Of a stretch of DNA of 27,064 nt, positions 25,325 through 27,064 are shown piece after piece. The first letter of the stretch is position 1. Every line of letters begins with the position of its first letter. Below the pieces are notes generated by a model. That model worked only from the letters and a program-made list of their open reading frames with translations. It ran no database searches and had not been told where the DNA came from. This DNA is from a virus (lineage: Duplodnaviria > Caudoviricetes): positions 1-27,064 of the IMG/VR virus record IMGVR_UViG_3300042348_000112; one strand, given 5' to 3'. The translations under genes and the position numbers were made by a program.

Positions 25325-25828
25325 ATGTCTTGGATAAAAATCAAGCAAGCCCTGCTGGACCTTGCCAACAACCATCCGCAAGTAAACTCGTTCGGAACAG
25401 GGGACCCGTTGGCGATAGGAACGGACAACACCATCAACCTGCGAACCCCAAGCCGTGAGCGAATCGTCTATCCGCTCGTTTTTGCGGACGTTCAGTCTGC
25501 AAATACTGACGCTGGTACTTTGGACTTGGTGGTTGGGGTATATTTTAGTGATAGAGTTGAGTCCATTAAACCGATGGGCGGAGTGGTTTCGGGCAGCCCT
25601 ACGCTGGGTTGGCAGGACAACGAGGATGAGGTCCTAAGCGACCAACTGCAAATCGCACAGGACTTCATATCGTCGCTCACAAACGACCCGAATGAGGACT
25701 GGACCCTCTCATCCAACGTATCGCTTACAAGGTTCGTAGAGAGCCGGGATGACCGCACGGCAGGGTGGCAGGCGACGATGACCTTTGAAATCCCCTATGG
25801 TCATTCAGTTTGTGAAATTCCAAGTTAA
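25325..25828 (+). CDS. Putative tail terminator/completion protein
   Basis: H.QVNSF..GD, YPL.F, VLSD.LQIA.D and F.E..D...AGW motifs; acidic. Confidence 0.55.
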   Translation: MSWIKIKQALLDLANNHPQVNSFGTGDPLAIGTDNTINLRTPSRERIVYPLVFADVQSANTDAGTLDLVVGVYFSDRVESIKPMGGVVSGSPTLGWQDNEDEVLSDQLQIAQDFISSLTNDPNEDWTLSSNVSLTRFVESRDDRTAGWQATMTFEIPYGHSVCEIPS

Positions 25829-25839
25829 AAGACATTTAC
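25810..25839 (+). promoter_or_regulatory. Putative phage late promoter TTGTGAAATTC-N11-ACATTTAC
   Basis: Both boxes match those at 21461-21490; upstream of the ATG at 25856. Confidence 0.65.
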
Positions 25840-25855
25840 AATTAAACGCTAAAAA

Positions 25856-26131
25856 ATGCCTACACCCATATTGCAACAAATGCTCGGACAGGGCGGTACG
25901 ATGGAATTCGTTGACGCTGCCGTTACAGGCAAAAACTACGACTTCCTTGTAGTCAACACCGCAGCCACATTCACAACCCTTACTGGAACTGGAAGCGAGA
26001 ACCTGCTAACCGCTTACGCTCTTAGTGGCAAATCAGTTTCCGCTGGTATCGTGATAAGCGGTCGCAACGGAGGTAAGATTACGGCCGTCACTCCATCCGC
26101 AGGTTCAGTCATCGGTTACACCTTCCTCTAA
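25856..26131 (+). CDS. Small virion (decoration-like) protein
   Basis: Gly/Thr/Ala-rich beta protein ending ITAVTPSAGSVIGY. Confidence 0.65.
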   Translation: MPTPILQQMLGQGGTMEFVDAAVTGKNYDFLVVNTAATFTTLTGTGSENLLTAYALSGKSVSAGIVISGRNGGKITAVTPSAGSVIGYTFL

Positions 26132-26132
26132 G

Positions 26133-26303
26133 ATGCTGATAGGCTACGGCTACGGCTACCCGACCAATATGCTCCAAGGCGGAGTCGCTGCTGGGGTGTG
26201 GGCCTTGTTTAACGCAAGGGCTACGACTGACGGTGCAATCGCTGCCGAGGCTGCCGTTAATGGCTGCCTGTTCGTCCGATTCGCTGCAATCTTCAACTTC
26301 TAA
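26133..26303 (+). CDS. Small putative fibre-adaptor protein (56 aa)
   Basis: Translated by hand: MLIGYGYGYPTNMLQGGVAAGVWALFNARATTDGAIAAEAAVNGCLFVRFAAIFNF; fills the gap between neighbours with 1-2 nt spacers. Confidence 0.65.
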   Translation: MLIGYGYGYPTNMLQGGVAAGVWALFNARATTDGAIAAEAAVNGCLFVRFAAIFNF

Positions 26304-26305
26304 CA

Positions 26306-27064
26306 ATGCCGACACCATCGCTGATTTTAGTACCTGCACGATTCAAAACAGGCAAACTCTACACCCCAGTCGCTACGACTTCGGGCGGTGTGGTCTTGGG
26401 AGCATCGGGCGACTTCAATGTTACCCGTGCGACGACTGCGACCCGTGTGAATGCGAGTGGTCTTGTGGAGAGCGTTGCAAGTGGTATTCCAAGGTTGGAC
26501 TATCCTCTTGGCGGTGGCTGCCCTGCGTTGCTCGTGGAGGCTGCTGCGACCAACTTGGCTTTGCATAGCAGGGATTTAAGCAACGTCGTTTGGGTAAAGA
26601 CAAGCATAACGGCTGCAAAAAATGCAGTAGGGGCAGACGGCACGGCTTCAGGAGCCACAACGCTAACCGCAACGGCTGTAAGCGGAACGGTCCTCCAAGC
26701 ATTAGTTAATGTATCGCAGAGCCGTGTTTTCTCGGCCTACATTCGCAGGGTAACGGGTACGGGGGCTATCCAATTAACAACCAATGGTGGAACTAACTGG
26801 ACAACCGTTACAATTACAAGCGGATACACTCAAGTCGCCTGTGCTGCCCAAACTGTTTTAAATGGCTCCGTTGGTATTCGGATGGCAGTAAGTGGCGATG
26901 TCATTGAGGTTGACTTTACCCAAGGCGAGGTCGGCCCTGTTGCTACATCGCCCATCGCCACCACCGCAGGTACAGGAAGCCGCAACGCAGACGTGATAAC
27001 CCTATCAGGCGCAGTCAGCGGATGCATCGGGCAGACCGAGGGGACGATTTATGCGGAGGTGGAT
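26306..27064 (+). CDS. Fibre/spike protein (3'-truncated by window edge)
   Basis: Open frame from ATG 26306 to the window end: MPTPSLILVPARFKTGKLY...DFNVTRATTATRVNASGLVE...PRLDY...CPALLVE..ATNL...RNADV...IGQTEGTIYAEVD. These are TRA..ATRV / LL.E...TNL motifs of phage fibre proteins. Absent from the ORF track because it has no stop. Confidence 0.8.
   Translation, partial: MPTPSLILVPARFKTGKLYTPVATTSGGVVLGASGDFNVTRATTATRVNASGLVESVASGIPRLDYPLGGGCPALLVEAAATNLALHSRDLSNVVWVKTSITAAKNAVGADGTASGATTLTATAVSGTVLQALVNVSQSRVFSAYIRRVTGTGAIQLTTNGGTNWTTVTITSGYTQVACAAQTVLNGSVGIRMAVSGDVIEVDFTQGEVGPVATSPIATTAGTGSRNADVITLSGAVSGCIGQTEGTIYAEVD

Noticed and set aside
264-27027. Numerous minus-strand and alternate-frame ORFs in the six-frame track
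   Set aside because: They overlap well-supported + strand genes, have no recognisable motifs, and are expected shadows of the codon bias.
1-27064. Stop-codon reassignment (alternative genetic code)
   Set aside because: TAA, TAG and TGA all end genes at tight junctions, and standard-code ORFs are full length.

Overview
This is a 27-kb segment of a tailed dsDNA phage (Caudoviricetes). Every credible gene is on the + strand and the genes are tightly packed, many with ATGA/TGATG overlaps. A Bacteroidota host is inferred from TAnnTTTG-type promoter elements, A/C-rich leaders without Shine-Dalgarno sites, and a PriCT-2/VapE primase-helicase. Gene order: replication (primase-helicase, repeat-rich putative origin, SF2 helicase, VRR-NUC), small accessory genes, a DnaA-C-like HTH protein and a sigma-like factor, terminase small and large subunits, a four-gene glycosyl/methyltransferase-like cluster, tail genes (chaperone with a probable -1 frameshift, tail proteins, tape-measure-like protein), prohead protease, scaffold, major capsid protein, putative tail tube, a GT4 glycosyltransferase, a long portal fusion, head-tail proteins and the start of a fibre gene. 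The strongest leads are: a possible virion glycosylation system paired with Ser-Gly/Thr-Gly-rich structural proteins; a candidate ~60-nt sRNA complementary to the start region of a small upstream gene; a shared putative late-promoter motif; short fibre-like 'docking' motifs grafted onto structural proteins; and an iteron/Z-DNA-like origin. All product calls come from motif recognition by eye; no database searches were run.
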